A stretch of 64,000 nucleotides of DNA from Thermodesulfobacteriota bacterium (GTDB taxonomy: Bacteria; Desulfobacterota; Anaeroferrophillalia; Anaeroferrophillales; Tharpellaceae): the NCBI GenBank assembly GCA_024763535.1, contig JANTFH010000001.1, forward strand, positions 7,337-71,336, given 5' to 3'. Positions 1 to 9,587 of this stretch are shown piece by piece; position 1 is the stretch's first letter; every line of letters starts with the position of its first letter. A program made the position numbers and the translations under genes. The notes beneath the pieces are model-generated. The model worked only from the letters and a program-made list of their open reading frames with translations, was not told the origin of the DNA and ran no database searches.

Positions 1-60
1 GGGGAGAGCGCTACCTTGACACGGTAGAAGTCGGCGGTTCAAATCCGCCTGTGCCTACCA
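1..60 (+). tRNA. 3' portion of a tRNA gene truncated by the window edge. T-arm GGTTCAAATCC, acceptor end and CCA are present, and a long variable-arm-like stretch suggests a type II tRNA.
   Basis: GGCGGTTCAAATCCGCC T-stem/loop followed by TGTGCCTA-CCA at positions ~36-60. The 5' half is missing, so the anticodon cannot be read. Confidence 0.5.
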
Positions 61-270
61 TTAAAATCTGTTAGAGGTGTCACGGTCGGTGGGTTTTTAT
101 CTGCGGATGCCGGGTGATGCCTCTATTTTTATTTTGAGCTTCAGTTCCTGTTGTGGTCGTTGCGGCCTTAGCGTCAGGGCTGAATTTTATCATCGGCAGT
201 TACAATTTCACTTAAACACTCAGCTTTTAAGCCGGATGTTTGAGTAACCATATATTTTAAGGTTTACTCC

Positions 271-2214
271 ATGCTGACTCTGCATCTGTCAGATAAATCA
301 GCGCCCGTAGAGCTCGAAGCCGACGGTCGCAGCCTGCTTGACTTGATTCTTGAGCAGGATAAACCGCGCCTTAAGGATGTGGTCGCGGCCCGGGTGGGTG
401 ATGAACTGCTCGACTTAAAGAGCATCCCGGCCGATGGGGATGAGATTTTTCTGGTTGAGAAAGAGTCGGATACCGGTCTTGAAGTCTTGCGTCATAGCGC
501 CGCCCATATTATGGCGGAAGCCGTGCAGGAGCTCTTCCCGGAAGCCAAGGTTACCATCGGCCCTGCAATTCAAGATGGTTTCTATTACGATTTTGATATA
601 GAGAAACCCTTTACGCCCGAGGATCTGCGTGCTATCGAGAAGCAGATGAAGGCCAATATCAAAAAGGGTCGTACTTTCACCCGCCGCGAGGTTGAACGCC
701 GGGAGGCGCTTGATCTTTTTACCGGTATGGGGGAAAAATATAAGGTCGAGCTGATTGAAGATCTGCCTGAGGACGAGAAACTTTCGCTCTATCAGAGCGG
801 CGAGTTTGTTGATCTCTGCCGCGGGCCGCATCTGCCGAATGCCTCCTACCTCAAGGGTTCATTTAAGCTCTTGAGTGTGGCCGGGGCCTACTGGCGCGGC
901 AGTGAAAAAAACCAGATGCTGCAGCGGATTTACGGCACCGCGTTTGCCGATAAGGCGGCGTTGACGGCCCATCTCAATCTGCTCGAAGAAGCGAAAAAGC
1001 GGGATCACCGTAAACTGGGTCGTGAGCTTGATCTTTTCAGTATTCAGGACGAAGCCGGCGCCGGTTTTGTTATCTGGCACCCGAAAGGAGCCCTGCTGCG
1101 GACCTTGCTGGAAGATTTTGAGCGCCGTCAGCACCTGAAACGGGGCTATGACATTGTCATGGGGCCGCAGATGCTGAAGGCGGATCTCTGGAAACGTTCA
1201 GGTCATTTTGAAAACTACCGGGAGAATATGTATTTCACCCGGATCAAGGATGACGATGGTGCCGGTGAAGGGCAGGAGTACGGCATCAAGCCGATGAACT
1301 GTCTGGCCCATATGCTGATTTATAACTCCCGTCTGCGCAGCTACCGGGATCTGCCGTTAAGATATTTTGAACTCGGCACGGTGCACCGGCATGAACCCTC
1401 CGGGGTGCTGCACGGGCTTATGCGGGTGCGTTGCTTCACTCAGGATGACGCCCATATAATATGTACTCCGGAACAGTTGCAGACGGAAATCACCCGAATT
1501 CTCGAATTTGTGGCGGATGTCATGCAGCTTTTCGGCTTTTCCTACTCAATGGAGTTGAGTACGCGGCCGGAAGAGAAATCGATCGGCAGCGATGCCGACT
1601 GGGAGCGGGCGACCGCCGCCCTGATTCAGGCCTTGGAAGAGAATCATTTAGAGTATGAGATTAATGCCGGTGACGGTGCTTTCTACGGTCCCAAGATTGA
1701 TGTGAAATTGAAGGACGCTCTCGGCCGGGAGTGGCAGTGTGCCACGATTCAGTGTGATTTTACCCTGCCGGAGCGTTTTGACTTAAACTACATCGGGGCC
1801 GATGGTGAGAAACATCGTCCGGTTATGTTGCATCGGGTTATTTTAGGCTCGATTGAGCGCTTTATCGGGATTTTGATTGAGCATTATGCCGGAGCCTTCC
1901 CGCTCTGGCTGGCCCCGGAGCAGGTTCGGATCCTGACGGTTACCGAAGCTCATAACGAATATGCCGAACAGGTCGCGGCCGCCCTTAAAACGGCTGATAT
2001 TCGGGTAACAACCGATCTGCGGAATGAAAAACTGGGTAAAAAAATTCGTGAATCTCAGATCGATAAGATTCCGTATATGTTAGTTATAGGTGATCAGGAG
2101 GTGGCCTCGGAAACGGTTGCACCTCGTTTGCGCAAGCAGGGCGAAACCCTCGCATCGATGAGTGTTGATCACTTTATTTGTCACCTGCAGGATGAATTAA
2201 AAGAGATAGAGTAG
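271..2214 (+). CDS. thrS: Threonine--tRNA ligase (ThrRS)
   Basis: 647-aa ORF with an N-terminal TGS domain, class II aaRS motifs, and HxxxH/CxxxH zinc-site residues typical of ThrRS. It heads the conserved thrS-infC-rpmI-rplT-pheST order. Confidence 0.95.
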   Translation: MLTLHLSDKSAPVELEADGRSLLDLILEQDKPRLKDVVAARVGDELLDLKSIPADGDEIFLVEKESDTGLEVLRHSAAHIMAEAVQELFPEAKVTIGPAIQDGFYYDFDIEKPFTPEDLRAIEKQMKANIKKGRTFTRREVERREALDLFTGMGEKYKVELIEDLPEDEKLSLYQSGEFVDLCRGPHLPNASYLKGSFKLLSVAGAYWRGSEKNQMLQRIYGTAFADKAALTAHLNLLEEAKKRDHRKLGRELDLFSIQDEAGAGFVIWHPKGALLRTLLEDFERRQHLKRGYDIVMGPQMLKADLWKRSGHFENYRENMYFTRIKDDDGAGEGQEYGIKPMNCLAHMLIYNSRLRSYRDLPLRYFELGTVHRHEPSGVLHGLMRVRCFTQDDAHIICTPEQLQTEITRILEFVADVMQLFGFSYSMELSTRPEEKSIGSDADWERATAALIQALEENHLEYEINAGDGAFYGPKIDVKLKDALGREWQCATIQCDFTLPERFDLNYIGADGEKHRPVMLHRVILGSIERFIGILIEHYAGAFPLWLAPEQVRILTVTEAHNEYAEQVAAALKTADIRVTTDLRNEKLGKKIRESQIDKIPYMLVIGDQEVASETVAPRLRKQGETLASMSVDHFICHLQDELKEIE

Positions 2215-2223
2215 GAGGTTCCC

Positions 2224-2745
2224 ATAGCTGCTGATAAAGTAAGAGTCAATCGTCAAATAAGAGTCCCGCAGGTTCGTCTCATCGGTGATGGTGCGGAACA
2301 GATCGGGATTATATCTACGGATGAGGCGTTGACCTATGCTGAAGAGCGGGGGCTGGATCTGGTTGAGGTTTCACCTCATGCCAAGCCGCCGGTCTGCAAG
2401 GTGATGGATTACGGGAAATTTAAGTACCAGCAGAGTAAAAGGGCCCAGGAAGCCAAGAAAAAACAGACTGTAATTCAGGTTAAAGAGATCAAGATGCGGC
2501 CGCGTACTGATGTTCATGACCTGGATGTCAAGGTTCGCAGTATTGTTCGTTTTCTTGAGTCCGGTGATAAAGTTAAGGTGACGATTCGTTTTCGGGGCCG
2601 GGAGATGGCCTATACCGAACAGGGCCATGAACTGCTGGTCAAGGTGGCGGAACGGGTTAAAGAGTACGGTGTGGTGGAACAGCATGCCAAACGCGAGGGT
2701 CGCCAGTTGATGATGGTCCTCGGGCCGGTAAAAAAGGTCAAATAG
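2224..2745 (+). CDS. infC: Translation initiation factor IF-3. The true start is probably a non-AUG codon (AUA at 2224) 5 nt after a GGAGG Shine-Dalgarno. The ORF track's TTG at 2329 would cut off the conserved N-domain.
   Basis: In frame upstream of 2329 the sequence reads IAADKVRVNRQIRVPQVRLIGDGAEQIGIISTDEALTYAEE, which matches the IF-3 N-terminal domain. The frame is closed by the thrS TAG at 2212, so translation must begin at 2215-2224. No AUG/GUG/UUG is available there; ATA lies at 2224. Confidence 0.8.
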   Translation: MAADKVRVNRQIRVPQVRLIGDGAEQIGIISTDEALTYAEERGLDLVEVSPHAKPPVCKVMDYGKFKYQQSKRAQEAKKKQTVIQVKEIKMRPRTDVHDLDVKVRSIVRFLESGDKVKVTIRFRGREMAYTEQGHELLVKVAERVKEYGVVEQHAKREGRQLMMVLGPVKKVK

Positions 2746-2893
2746 AACTCCGGACTCATTTTATATATAGAACAGCTCTTACGTCAACGGCCGCAGGCGG
2801 TTGTCGGCGGGACTGTTATTTGCATTGATTATAAATTTTGACGGTCTGTCTGGAAATATCAGCAGAACCTAACTTAAAGGAGCAAAGAAGATT

Positions 2894-3091
2894 ATGCCGA
2901 AGATGAAATCGAACAGTGGAGCCAAAAAGCGCTTTAAGGTTACCGGTACCGGTAAAGTTGTGCGGCGCAAAGCTTATGCCAGCCATCTGCTGAATTGTAA
3001 GAGCCGCAAGCGCAAACGGAATCTGCGTAAGTCCACATTGCTGGACAGTGCCAACCAGGCCGGTATCAAACGGATGCTGCCTTACCTGTAG
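2894..3091 (+). CDS. rpmI: 50S ribosomal protein L35
   Basis: 65-aa basic protein MPKMKSNSGAKKRFKVTGTGKV..., positioned between infC and rplT. Confidence 0.95.
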   Translation: MPKMKSNSGAKKRFKVTGTGKVVRRKAYASHLLNCKSRKRKRNLRKSTLLDSANQAGIKRMLPYL

Positions 3092-3163
3092 ACTTTAAAT
3101 GACCGGGTTCGGCGGAAACCGGATGCCGGTATCAGCAACAATAATTTCAGGAGTTAAAGTAAA

Positions 3164-3523
3164 ATGCCTAGAGTAAAGGGTGGGTTTAAGTCCCACAGAA
3201 GACATAAAAAAGTATTGAAGATGGCCAAAGGCTATCGCGGTGGTCGCAGCAAGCTTTATCGCTCTGCCGCCGAGACGGTTGACCGGGCCTTGAATTATGC
3301 CTATCGTGACCGCCGGGTCCGGAAACGTGATTTTCGGCGTCTCTGGATTGTCCGCATTAATGCCGCGGCCCGTCTGCACGGTCTCTCCTACAGTCGCTTT
3401 ATCGCCGGTCTGACCAAGGCTCAGGTTGAAGTCGACCGCAAAATTCTGGCGGATATCGCAGTTACCGATCCGAGTGCGTTCGGGAAATATGCCGATATCG
3501 CCAGTGCGGCTCTGGCTAACTAG
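3164..3523 (+). CDS. rplT: 50S ribosomal protein L20
   Basis: 119 aa, [26 protein letters not shown]..., conserved L20 N-terminus. Confidence 0.95.
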   Translation: MPRVKGGFKSHRRHKKVLKMAKGYRGGRSKLYRSAAETVDRALNYAYRDRRVRKRDFRRLWIVRINAAARLHGLSYSRFIAGLTKAQVEVDRKILADIAVTDPSAFGKYADIASAALAN

Positions 3524-3530
3524 ACAGTCC

Positions 3531-4547
3531 ATGAAAAACCGTTTACAGGGACTGCTGGCCGAAGCTCAAGATGCAATCAGCAAAGCCGTATCCCTTGAAG
3601 AGATTGAAAACCTGCGGGTCGATATTCTCGGCCGCAAAGGTAGTCTGACGGCGTTACTGAAGGGGCTGGCTGATCTGCCGCGGGAAGAGAAACCGGTAAT
3701 CGGTAAACTTGCCAATCAGATCAAGGAAGAGATTCAGAAAGCCCTGACCGCGGCCCACAACCTTCTTGATACGGCTGAGCGCGAACGTCAAATGGTTGCC
3801 GGGGCGGTGGATATCACCCTGCCCGGACGGCGTCAGCCGCGGGGTACGGTTCATCCGGTAACCCGGGTTACGGACGATGTCTGTGCGATTTTCAAAAGGC
3901 TCGGATTCAGTGTCGCCCAGGGTCCTGAAGTTGAGATTGACTACTACAACTTCGAAGCCTTGAATATTCCTAAAGATCACCCCGCCCGCCAGATGCAGGA
4001 CACCTTCTATGTTTCCGATGATGTGGTTTTACGAACGCATACGTCACCGGTTCAGGTGCGGGTTATGGAGGGTCAGGAGCCGCCGGTCAAGGTGATTGCT
4101 CCGGGCCGGGTCTACCGTTGTGATTCCGATCTTACGCACACTCCGATGTTTGATCAGATCGAGGGCCTGCTGGTTGATGAAAAGGTTACCTTCGCTGATC
4201 TTAAAGGGATTCTGGTTGCCTTTCTGCACGCCTTTTTCGGCCCCAAAGCCGGAGTCCGTTTCCGTCCCAGCTACTTTCCTTTTACCGAGCCCAGTGCCGA
4301 AGTCGATATTGAATGTGTGATGTGCAAGGGTAAGGGGTGCCGGGTCTGCGGGCAGACGGGCTGGCTTGAGATCTTAGGTTGCGGTATGGTCGATCCGGCT
4401 GTCTATAAATTTGTTGATTACGACCCTGAAAAATATAGCGGCTTTGCTTTCGGTATGGGAGTCGAACGCCTGGCGATGCTGCGTTACGGGATTGACGATC
4501 TACGGTTGTTTTTTGCTAATGATCTGCGTTTTTTAAGGCAGTTTTGA
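3531..4547 (+). CDS. pheS: Phenylalanine--tRNA ligase alpha subunit. Start moved to the ATG at 3531; the ORF-track start at 3426 overlaps rplT.
   Basis: [16 protein letters not shown]... N-terminus. Class II core motifs are present ([12 protein letters not shown], GxGxGxERL), as is the C-terminal zinc-ribbon-like CxxC..CxxC insertion. Confidence 0.9.
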   Translation: MKNRLQGLLAEAQDAISKAVSLEEIENLRVDILGRKGSLTALLKGLADLPREEKPVIGKLANQIKEEIQKALTAAHNLLDTAERERQMVAGAVDITLPGRRQPRGTVHPVTRVTDDVCAIFKRLGFSVAQGPEVEIDYYNFEALNIPKDHPARQMQDTFYVSDDVVLRTHTSPVQVRVMEGQEPPVKVIAPGRVYRCDSDLTHTPMFDQIEGLLVDEKVTFADLKGILVAFLHAFFGPKAGVRFRPSYFPFTEPSAEVDIECVMCKGKGCRVCGQTGWLEILGCGMVDPAVYKFVDYDPEKYSGFAFGMGVERLAMLRYGIDDLRLFFANDLRFLRQF

Positions 4548-4562
4548 AATTGTGGTAGATAA

Positions 4563-6971
4563 ATGCTCATAAGCTGGAACTGGATATCAGATTTTGTCGA
4601 CCTTAACGGGATCGACCCCGAAGCGGCGGCTGAACGTTTGACCATGGCCGGGCTTGAGGTGGCGGCAATCACTAAACTCTGCCCGGACGCTTTAAGCCGG
4701 GTGGTCAGTGCACAGATAACCGCAATGAAGCCCCACCCGGAAGCCGACAAACTCTCTCTCTGTCAGGTGACGGACGGGCAGGATGAGTTTACGATCGTTT
4801 GCGGGGCCAGCAATATGAAGGCCGGTGATTTTGTTGCCCTGGCACCGTTGAAAACCCGGCTGCCGAACGGCATGACGATTAAAAAAGCGAAAATTCGCGG
4901 AGTCGTTTCGATCGGGATGCTCTGTTCGGCCGCGGAAATGGGCCTGGAAGATGAATCCGCCGGAATTATGATTCTGCCGGAAAATTCTCCGCTTGGCAAA
5001 CCGGTGATCGATCTGCTCGCTCTGCAGGATACCATCCTTGAATTTGAGATTACCCCCAATCGCGGTGACTGCCTGAGTGTTATCGGTGTGGCCCGGGAGC
5101 TGGCGGCAATTTATAAACGAAAATTTACCCTGCCCGAAATTACCCTGTCGGAAAGTTCTCAGAAATCATCTGATATGGCGGCCATTACCATTTCCGATGC
5201 CGACCTCTGCCCCCGTTATGTTGGGCGGGTGGTTAAGGATGTAGTTTTAGGCGAATCGCCGTTATGGCTTAAAGCCCGTCTCAAGGCGGCCGGGGTACGG
5301 CCGATCAGCAATGTGGTTGATGTCAGTAACTATGTTATGCTTGAGACCGGCCAGCCGCTGCACGCTTTTGATCTGGATCTTTTGCAGGGGGCACGGATTG
5401 ATGTCCGGCGTGCCGGAGATAATCTTAAATTTGTTACCCTTGACGAGATCGAACGCACCATTGATCCCGATACTCTGATGATCTGTGACGGTAAGGAACC
5501 GGTGGCGATTGCCGGGATTATGGGCGGCTTAAATTCCGAGATCAATGCTGCCACCCGGAATGTTATGATTGAGAGCGCTTTTTTTCAGCCCGCTTCCATC
5601 CGGCGCTCAGCCCGGATTTTGAACCTTGGCACCGAAGCTTCATACCGTTTTGAACGCGGGGTCGATTCTCAGGCCACCGGTCGCGCCGCTGACCGGGCCG
5701 CGGAACTTCTGCAACAGCTGGCTCAGGGAAAAGTTGCCGCCGGGGCCATTGATATCTGTCCGCAGCCGCGGCAGATGCCGGAGATCAGCTTTCGCCCGGC
5801 TAAAGCCAACGCTCTGCTCGGTCTTGACCTCGATCTTGAGGCCATAAAAGATATTCTCCAGCGTCTGGAAATCAGCATTGTCAGCGAAACTGATGACGCT
5901 CTGGTGGTTACTCCTCCGGCCTGGCGTTTCGATATTGAACGTGAGGTTGATCTTATTGAAGAGGTGGCCCGGCTTTTCGGTTACGACCGGGTGCCGGTAA
6001 CTGCCGCCGTTCTCCGGTCCCCTGAGGTTCTGGATGCGCCTGAAGTAATCGCCCTGAACCGGGTGCGGGAGACGGTTCTGACGTTTGGTTACAGTGAAGC
6101 GGTCAACTACAGCTTTATCGATCCCAAGTCCGTGTCCGGGCTCAATTTTGCTGCAGAAAGCCGGTTTTTCGATTTTGTTCGGCTCAAAAATCCCATCAGT
6201 TCGGAGATGGCGGTGATGCGGACTTCGCTGCTGCCGGGCCTGCTGACCAATCTCAATGACAACCTCCGGGTCAATGTCAAGAACATCCGTCTCTTTGAGA
6301 TCGGCCGGACATTCTATGCCGAGGCCGGCCGGAAACAGCCGGCGGAAGAGCTTTTTCTCAGCGCGGTCGCCTGCGGCCGGCGCTATCGGGAACACTTCTC
6401 CTCTCCCGGGGATCTGATCGATTTTTTCGATCTTAAAGGAGTTCTGGAAGAGCTGGCGGCGACCCTTGGTCTTGCACTGGAATTTGCAGCCGCAGATTTT
6501 TATCCCTGCCTGACCCCGGGTCGGGCCGCCATGATTAAACTCGGCGACTTAAATCTCGGCAGTGTCGGACAACTGCATCATCAGGCCGCACAGGCTTACG
6601 ACCTCGATCAGGAGGTATATGTTTTTGAACTCTCGCTGACACCCCTGCTGGAACTTGCCGCGGAAACGTCGGTTACTTATCAGGGCCTGGCCCGTTTCCC
6701 GGCGGTCTATCGGGATCTGGCGTTTCTGGTTGACAGTTCCCTGGCGGCGGCGGATCTGCTTGATTATATGCGCCATCAGCATAAATTACTGACCGCGGTT
6801 GAGGTCTTCGATCTCTTTCAGGGTGATACCCTGCCGGCGGGGAAAAAGAGCCTGGCGTTCAGACTTACGTTCCAGGATATGAATAAAACCTTGACAGATA
6901 AAAAAGTTAATGCGATTATCGCCAAGTTGATTTCGGGAGTCGAAAGCACCTTTCAGGGCGAAGTACGCTGA
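4563..6971 (+). CDS. pheT: Phenylalanine--tRNA ligase beta subunit
   Basis: 802 aa. Has an N-terminal tRNA-binding (EMAP-like) domain, B3/B4 and B5 domains, and a C-terminal FDX-ACB-like domain. Lies directly downstream of pheS. Confidence 0.95.
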   Translation: MLISWNWISDFVDLNGIDPEAAAERLTMAGLEVAAITKLCPDALSRVVSAQITAMKPHPEADKLSLCQVTDGQDEFTIVCGASNMKAGDFVALAPLKTRLPNGMTIKKAKIRGVVSIGMLCSAAEMGLEDESAGIMILPENSPLGKPVIDLLALQDTILEFEITPNRGDCLSVIGVARELAAIYKRKFTLPEITLSESSQKSSDMAAITISDADLCPRYVGRVVKDVVLGESPLWLKARLKAAGVRPISNVVDVSNYVMLETGQPLHAFDLDLLQGARIDVRRAGDNLKFVTLDEIERTIDPDTLMICDGKEPVAIAGIMGGLNSEINAATRNVMIESAFFQPASIRRSARILNLGTEASYRFERGVDSQATGRAADRAAELLQQLAQGKVAAGAIDICPQPRQMPEISFRPAKANALLGLDLDLEAIKDILQRLEISIVSETDDALVVTPPAWRFDIEREVDLIEEVARLFGYDRVPVTAAVLRSPEVLDAPEVIALNRVRETVLTFGYSEAVNYSFIDPKSVSGLNFAAESRFFDFVRLKNPISSEMAVMRTSLLPGLLTNLNDNLRVNVKNIRLFEIGRTFYAEAGRKQPAEELFLSAVACGRRYREHFSSPGDLIDFFDLKGVLEELAATLGLALEFAAADFYPCLTPGRAAMIKLGDLNLGSVGQLHHQAAQAYDLDQEVYVFELSLTPLLELAAETSVTYQGLARFPAVYRDLAFLVDSSLAAADLLDYMRHQHKLLTAVEVFDLFQGDTLPAGKKSLAFRLTFQDMNKTLTDKKVNAIIAKLISGVESTFQGEVR

Positions 6972-7007
6972 TCTTTTTGAACAACCGTAAGGCACAGGTG
7001 GACGATT

Positions 7008-7283
7008 ATGACAAAAGCCGATATGGTCGAGCTGGTTTATGAGCGGATTGGAGTCTCGAAAAGAGAGGCGGCCAGTGTGGTTGAATCAATCTTTGATATT
7101 ATCAAGGAGAGCCTCGAGCGGGGCGAGAATGTCAAAATATCCGGTTTCGGAAGTTTTAATCTGCGGGAGAAAAAGCCCCGTCGCGGGCGGAATCCGCAGA
7201 CCGGGGAGGAGATCACTATCTCCGCCCGCCGGGTATTGAGTTTCAAATCAAGCAATGTCTTAAGAGATCAGCTCAACTCTTAA
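7008..7283 (+). CDS. ihfA: Integration host factor alpha subunit (HU/IHF family DNA-binding protein)
   Basis: 91 aa, MTKADMVELVYERIGVSKREAASVVESIFDII...GFGSFNLREKKPRRGRNPQTGEEI. The IHF-alpha signature arm is present, and it sits after pheT as in many proteobacteria. Confidence 0.9.
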   Translation: MTKADMVELVYERIGVSKREAASVVESIFDIIKESLERGENVKISGFGSFNLREKKPRRGRNPQTGEEITISARRVLSFKSSNVLRDQLNS

Positions 7284-7298
7284 AGGTTTAGTCAATAT

Positions 7299-7667
7299 TT
7301 GCTGAGAGAGGCGGATGTGGCCTCAGCCGAAAAAATTCCGGATAAACTCTATTTTCGTATAGGTGAAGCCAGCCGGCTGGTGGGGGTCAAGCCCTACGTC
7401 CTGCGTTACTGGGAAAAAGAGTTTACGGCGATCAAGCCGGAGAAAAGCAAATCCCAGCAGCGCCTCTACCGGCGGGCCGACGTTGTACTTTTCTGTCAGA
7501 TAAGACGTTTGTTGCATGAGGAGCGTTTTACGATTGAAGGCTGCCGCAAGAAGATTGCGGAACCCGTTGAAAAAGAACAGCCGGATAAATTAAATATCGA
7601 CTGTATCGCCCACTTAAAGAGCGAATTGCAGGCAGTCAGAAGTATGATCCAAAAACACAAGAATTGA
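7299..7667 (+). CDS. MerR-family transcriptional regulator. The start is uncertain: TTG at 7299 or GTG at 7317.
   Basis: N-terminal MerR HTH ([25 protein letters not shown]) followed by a coiled-coil-like tail. A MerR gene is commonly paired with ihfA. Confidence 0.75.
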   Translation: MLREADVASAEKIPDKLYFRIGEASRLVGVKPYVLRYWEKEFTAIKPEKSKSQQRLYRRADVVLFCQIRRLLHEERFTIEGCRKKIAEPVEKEQPDKLNIDCIAHLKSELQAVRSMIQKHKN

Positions 7668-7679
7668 AAACGGGACGTA

Positions 7680-7756
7680 GCGCAGCCTGGTAGCGTACCT
7701 GAATGGGGTTCAGGTGGTCGGAGGTTCAAATCCTCTCGTCCCGACCAATAAAACCA
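7680..7756 (+). tRNA. tRNA-Pro (anticodon GGG)
   Basis: 77-nt cloverleaf. Acceptor CGGGACG/CGTCCCG, D-arm AGCGCAGCCTGGTAGCGT, anticodon stem CCTGA/TCAGG with loop AUGGGGU (GGG), T-arm GGAGGTTCAAATCCTCT, discriminator A plus CCA. Confidence 0.85.
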
Positions 7757-7764
7757 AGCACCTA

Positions 7765-7798
7765 GCGTTAATTCGCTGGGTGCTTTTTTGGTTTGTGT
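7765..7798 (+). terminator. Rho-independent terminator after tRNA-Pro
   Basis: AAGCACC...GGGTGCT stem followed by TTTTTT. Confidence 0.7.
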
Positions 7799-8040
7799 TG
7801 CCTATTTGTTGCCTATGGGTTTTTTACTGATGTTTTTCCGCCAGTGAGAAGCGCCGAAGAGGTGGACGCCGGATAATCGGAGAAAGAGGCGTCCCAGGAC
7901 CAGGTCAGGCCGGTTTGCAAACTTGAAGGGATCAAAAAACAATACTCCAGGCAGAGTTGTATTTCTAACTTACCTGTGGAAGTATACGACGGTTTTTAAA
8001 AAAATTAAGAAACGGCGAAATAAGGGTCTTGACAAGGTTT

Positions 8041-8358
8041 TCAGCGGACCTTGCGGAGGCGGATTTTATCGAGCTGCCAGATTTGGCCGCGCCTGATCTT
8101 TAACTCGTAGCGCCAGGGGAAAAAATCATAAACCCACAACTCAACTTTGCATTGATGATAACCGTCGTCGGTTTCGCCGAGATCGACTTTCATATCCGGT
8201 TCACCGAATAAAGAGATTACATCGGCAACCGAATCGCCGACCTCGACCCGGCGGCCATCATGCCGCATCGAGTGCCGGGCAAAAACAGGGGCGGCCGTGA
8301 TCAGAATGAACAGGAAAGCGAGGAGCAGGGCGGTGGTTGAAATCTTAGTTTTCTTCAT
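8041..8358 (-). CDS. Small secreted hypothetical protein (signal peptide)
   Basis: 105 aa with an N-terminal MKKTKISTTALLLAFLFILITAAPVFA signal peptide. I did not recognise a domain. Confidence 0.55.
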   Translation of the reverse strand: MKKTKISTTALLLAFLFILITAAPVFARHSMRHDGRRVEVGDSVADVISLFGEPDMKVDLGETDDGYHQCKVELWVYDFFPWRYELKIRRGQIWQLDKIRLRKVR

Positions 8359-8359
8359 T

Positions 8360-8540
8360 TTTCAAGCTCCTTTTTTGGGGTGGGTTCGGATTTATCCGGG
8401 AGCCCGGCCAGGGCGTCCCAATAGCGCTGGCTCGGGGAGGTTGATAATTTTGAGAAAGCGCGGGGCGTGATGCCCCAGCGCTCGGCAACCTCTTTGCACG
8501 TCCAGCCCTATTGCCGGACGGCGGCAACGTAGGGTTTCAT
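8360..8540 (-). pseudogene. Short HTH-like ORF fragment interrupted by an in-frame amber codon. Possibly a remnant of an IS/phage DNA-binding gene.
   Basis: The minus strand reads MKPYVAAVRQ-TAG-GWTCKEVAERWGITPRAFSKLSTSPSQRYWDALAGLPDKSEP... The KEVAERWGITPRAF segment looks like a helix-turn-helix, and a stop follows codon 10. Confidence 0.3.
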
Positions 8541-8686
8541 TTAATCTCTCCCTTTTTCCCGGCCCGGCTTGATTGCAGCCGCCTTTATACTTATAAATGT
8601 AGTCTAAAAGTTCCGGTTTATCAAGGGGAATCAGTAGTTTCAATCCACGCTCCCATGAGGGAGCGACGAGTGGACATTGCCCTATT

Positions 8687-9505
8687 TCATAGATTCTGAG
8701 AGTAATAGACGATTGCATGATCATATCTGAAATCCGTGCTGCCGTCAGGGTCGCAGATGGAAATTGGTTCGCCATGATGGTCAAAACCGAAAACGGTTTC
8801 CGGGGGAAGCCTGGGTATCGGGTCGTCACCGTTGACGTAACGGAGGTGTCGTTTTGCTCGAAAAGCCCGGTCCAAGCGGCAACCGACCCTGGGCTCACCA
8901 AAGGTCACAACCTCTTCGAAGGGATAGCGCAGAGCCGAGATGGTCGCCATGGCGGCACCGAGGCTGTGACCTGTAACCCATACCGGTAGGCCGTGGGTTT
9001 CCTGCTGCAGCAGCGCCAGGATTCCCTCCCACAACTTATCCACCTCGCGCAGGAAGCCGCTATGTACTTTCACTCTGCCACTCTCATCTACAGCCTTTTT
9101 CCTGAAGTCTAAGTCGGCAAGTATATCATTGCCGAGAAGCAGCCAATGCTGCGGATCGAATCCGGGCTGAAGTAATCTGCCGAATAATTTATCAAATGAA
9201 TTGGCCCTTGAGTCGGAAAGGTTCTCTTTAAGCTGTGAACCTCTGAATGCCAGGATAGCTTTATCCGGCCAAACGGCGAGAAAGGCTTGAGCTCCGTGTT
9301 TGTCAAAGAGGTATAAACTTCGTACTCCCAAGCTGTTGATATGCTCCTTGAGTTCAGTCTCCTTGAGGTATGCGGCATGAGACATGTGCGCCAGTATTGC
9401 CGCCCGATTTTCAACCCATTTTTGATTGAAATCCTCCAGGTCACGGATCTTGGGCATCAGGGGGAATCTTTCGGGATGGAATACGGCGGCAAATGATTTA
9501 GACAT
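8687..9505 (-). CDS. Lipase class 3 family alpha/beta hydrolase
   Basis: 272 aa with a GHSLGAA nucleophile-elbow motif (VWVTGHSLGAAMATISAL) in Lipase_3-like context. Confidence 0.75.
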   Translation of the reverse strand: MSKSFAAVFHPERFPLMPKIRDLEDFNQKWVENRAAILAHMSHAAYLKETELKEHINSLGVRSLYLFDKHGAQAFLAVWPDKAILAFRGSQLKENLSDSRANSFDKLFGRLLQPGFDPQHWLLLGNDILADLDFRKKAVDESGRVKVHSGFLREVDKLWEGILALLQQETHGLPVWVTGHSLGAAMATISALRYPFEEVVTFGEPRVGCRLDRAFRAKRHLRYVNGDDPIPRLPPETVFGFDHHGEPISICDPDGSTDFRYDHAIVYYSQNL

Positions 9506-9587
9506 AGGCTTTTATATCAACCAATTTAACAGTTGCGGTAATACAATCGTTAAATTGGCTGCAATAGGGTTTGTTTTCTGTCGAAAA

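Noticed and set aside
61-270. T-box or attenuator leader upstream of thrS
   Set aside because: No specifier/T-box motif (AGGGUGGNACCGCG-like) is visible. Gram-negative thrS uses a different operator mechanism that I cannot verify from this sequence.
5640-6395. 251-aa antisense ORF inside pheT, and similar long antisense ORFs at 38193-39044 in nuoL, 10242-10760 and 10757-11377 in the S8 gene, and 26461-26910 in deaD
   Set aside because: They are fully embedded opposite well-supported conserved genes in GC-rich DNA, where long antisense ORFs arise by chance. No motifs.
8392-8901. 169-aa minus-strand ORF in the ORF track
   Set aside because: It overlaps the lipase gene's 3' end and the HTH fragment, has low-complexity composition and no motif. 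Likely spurious.
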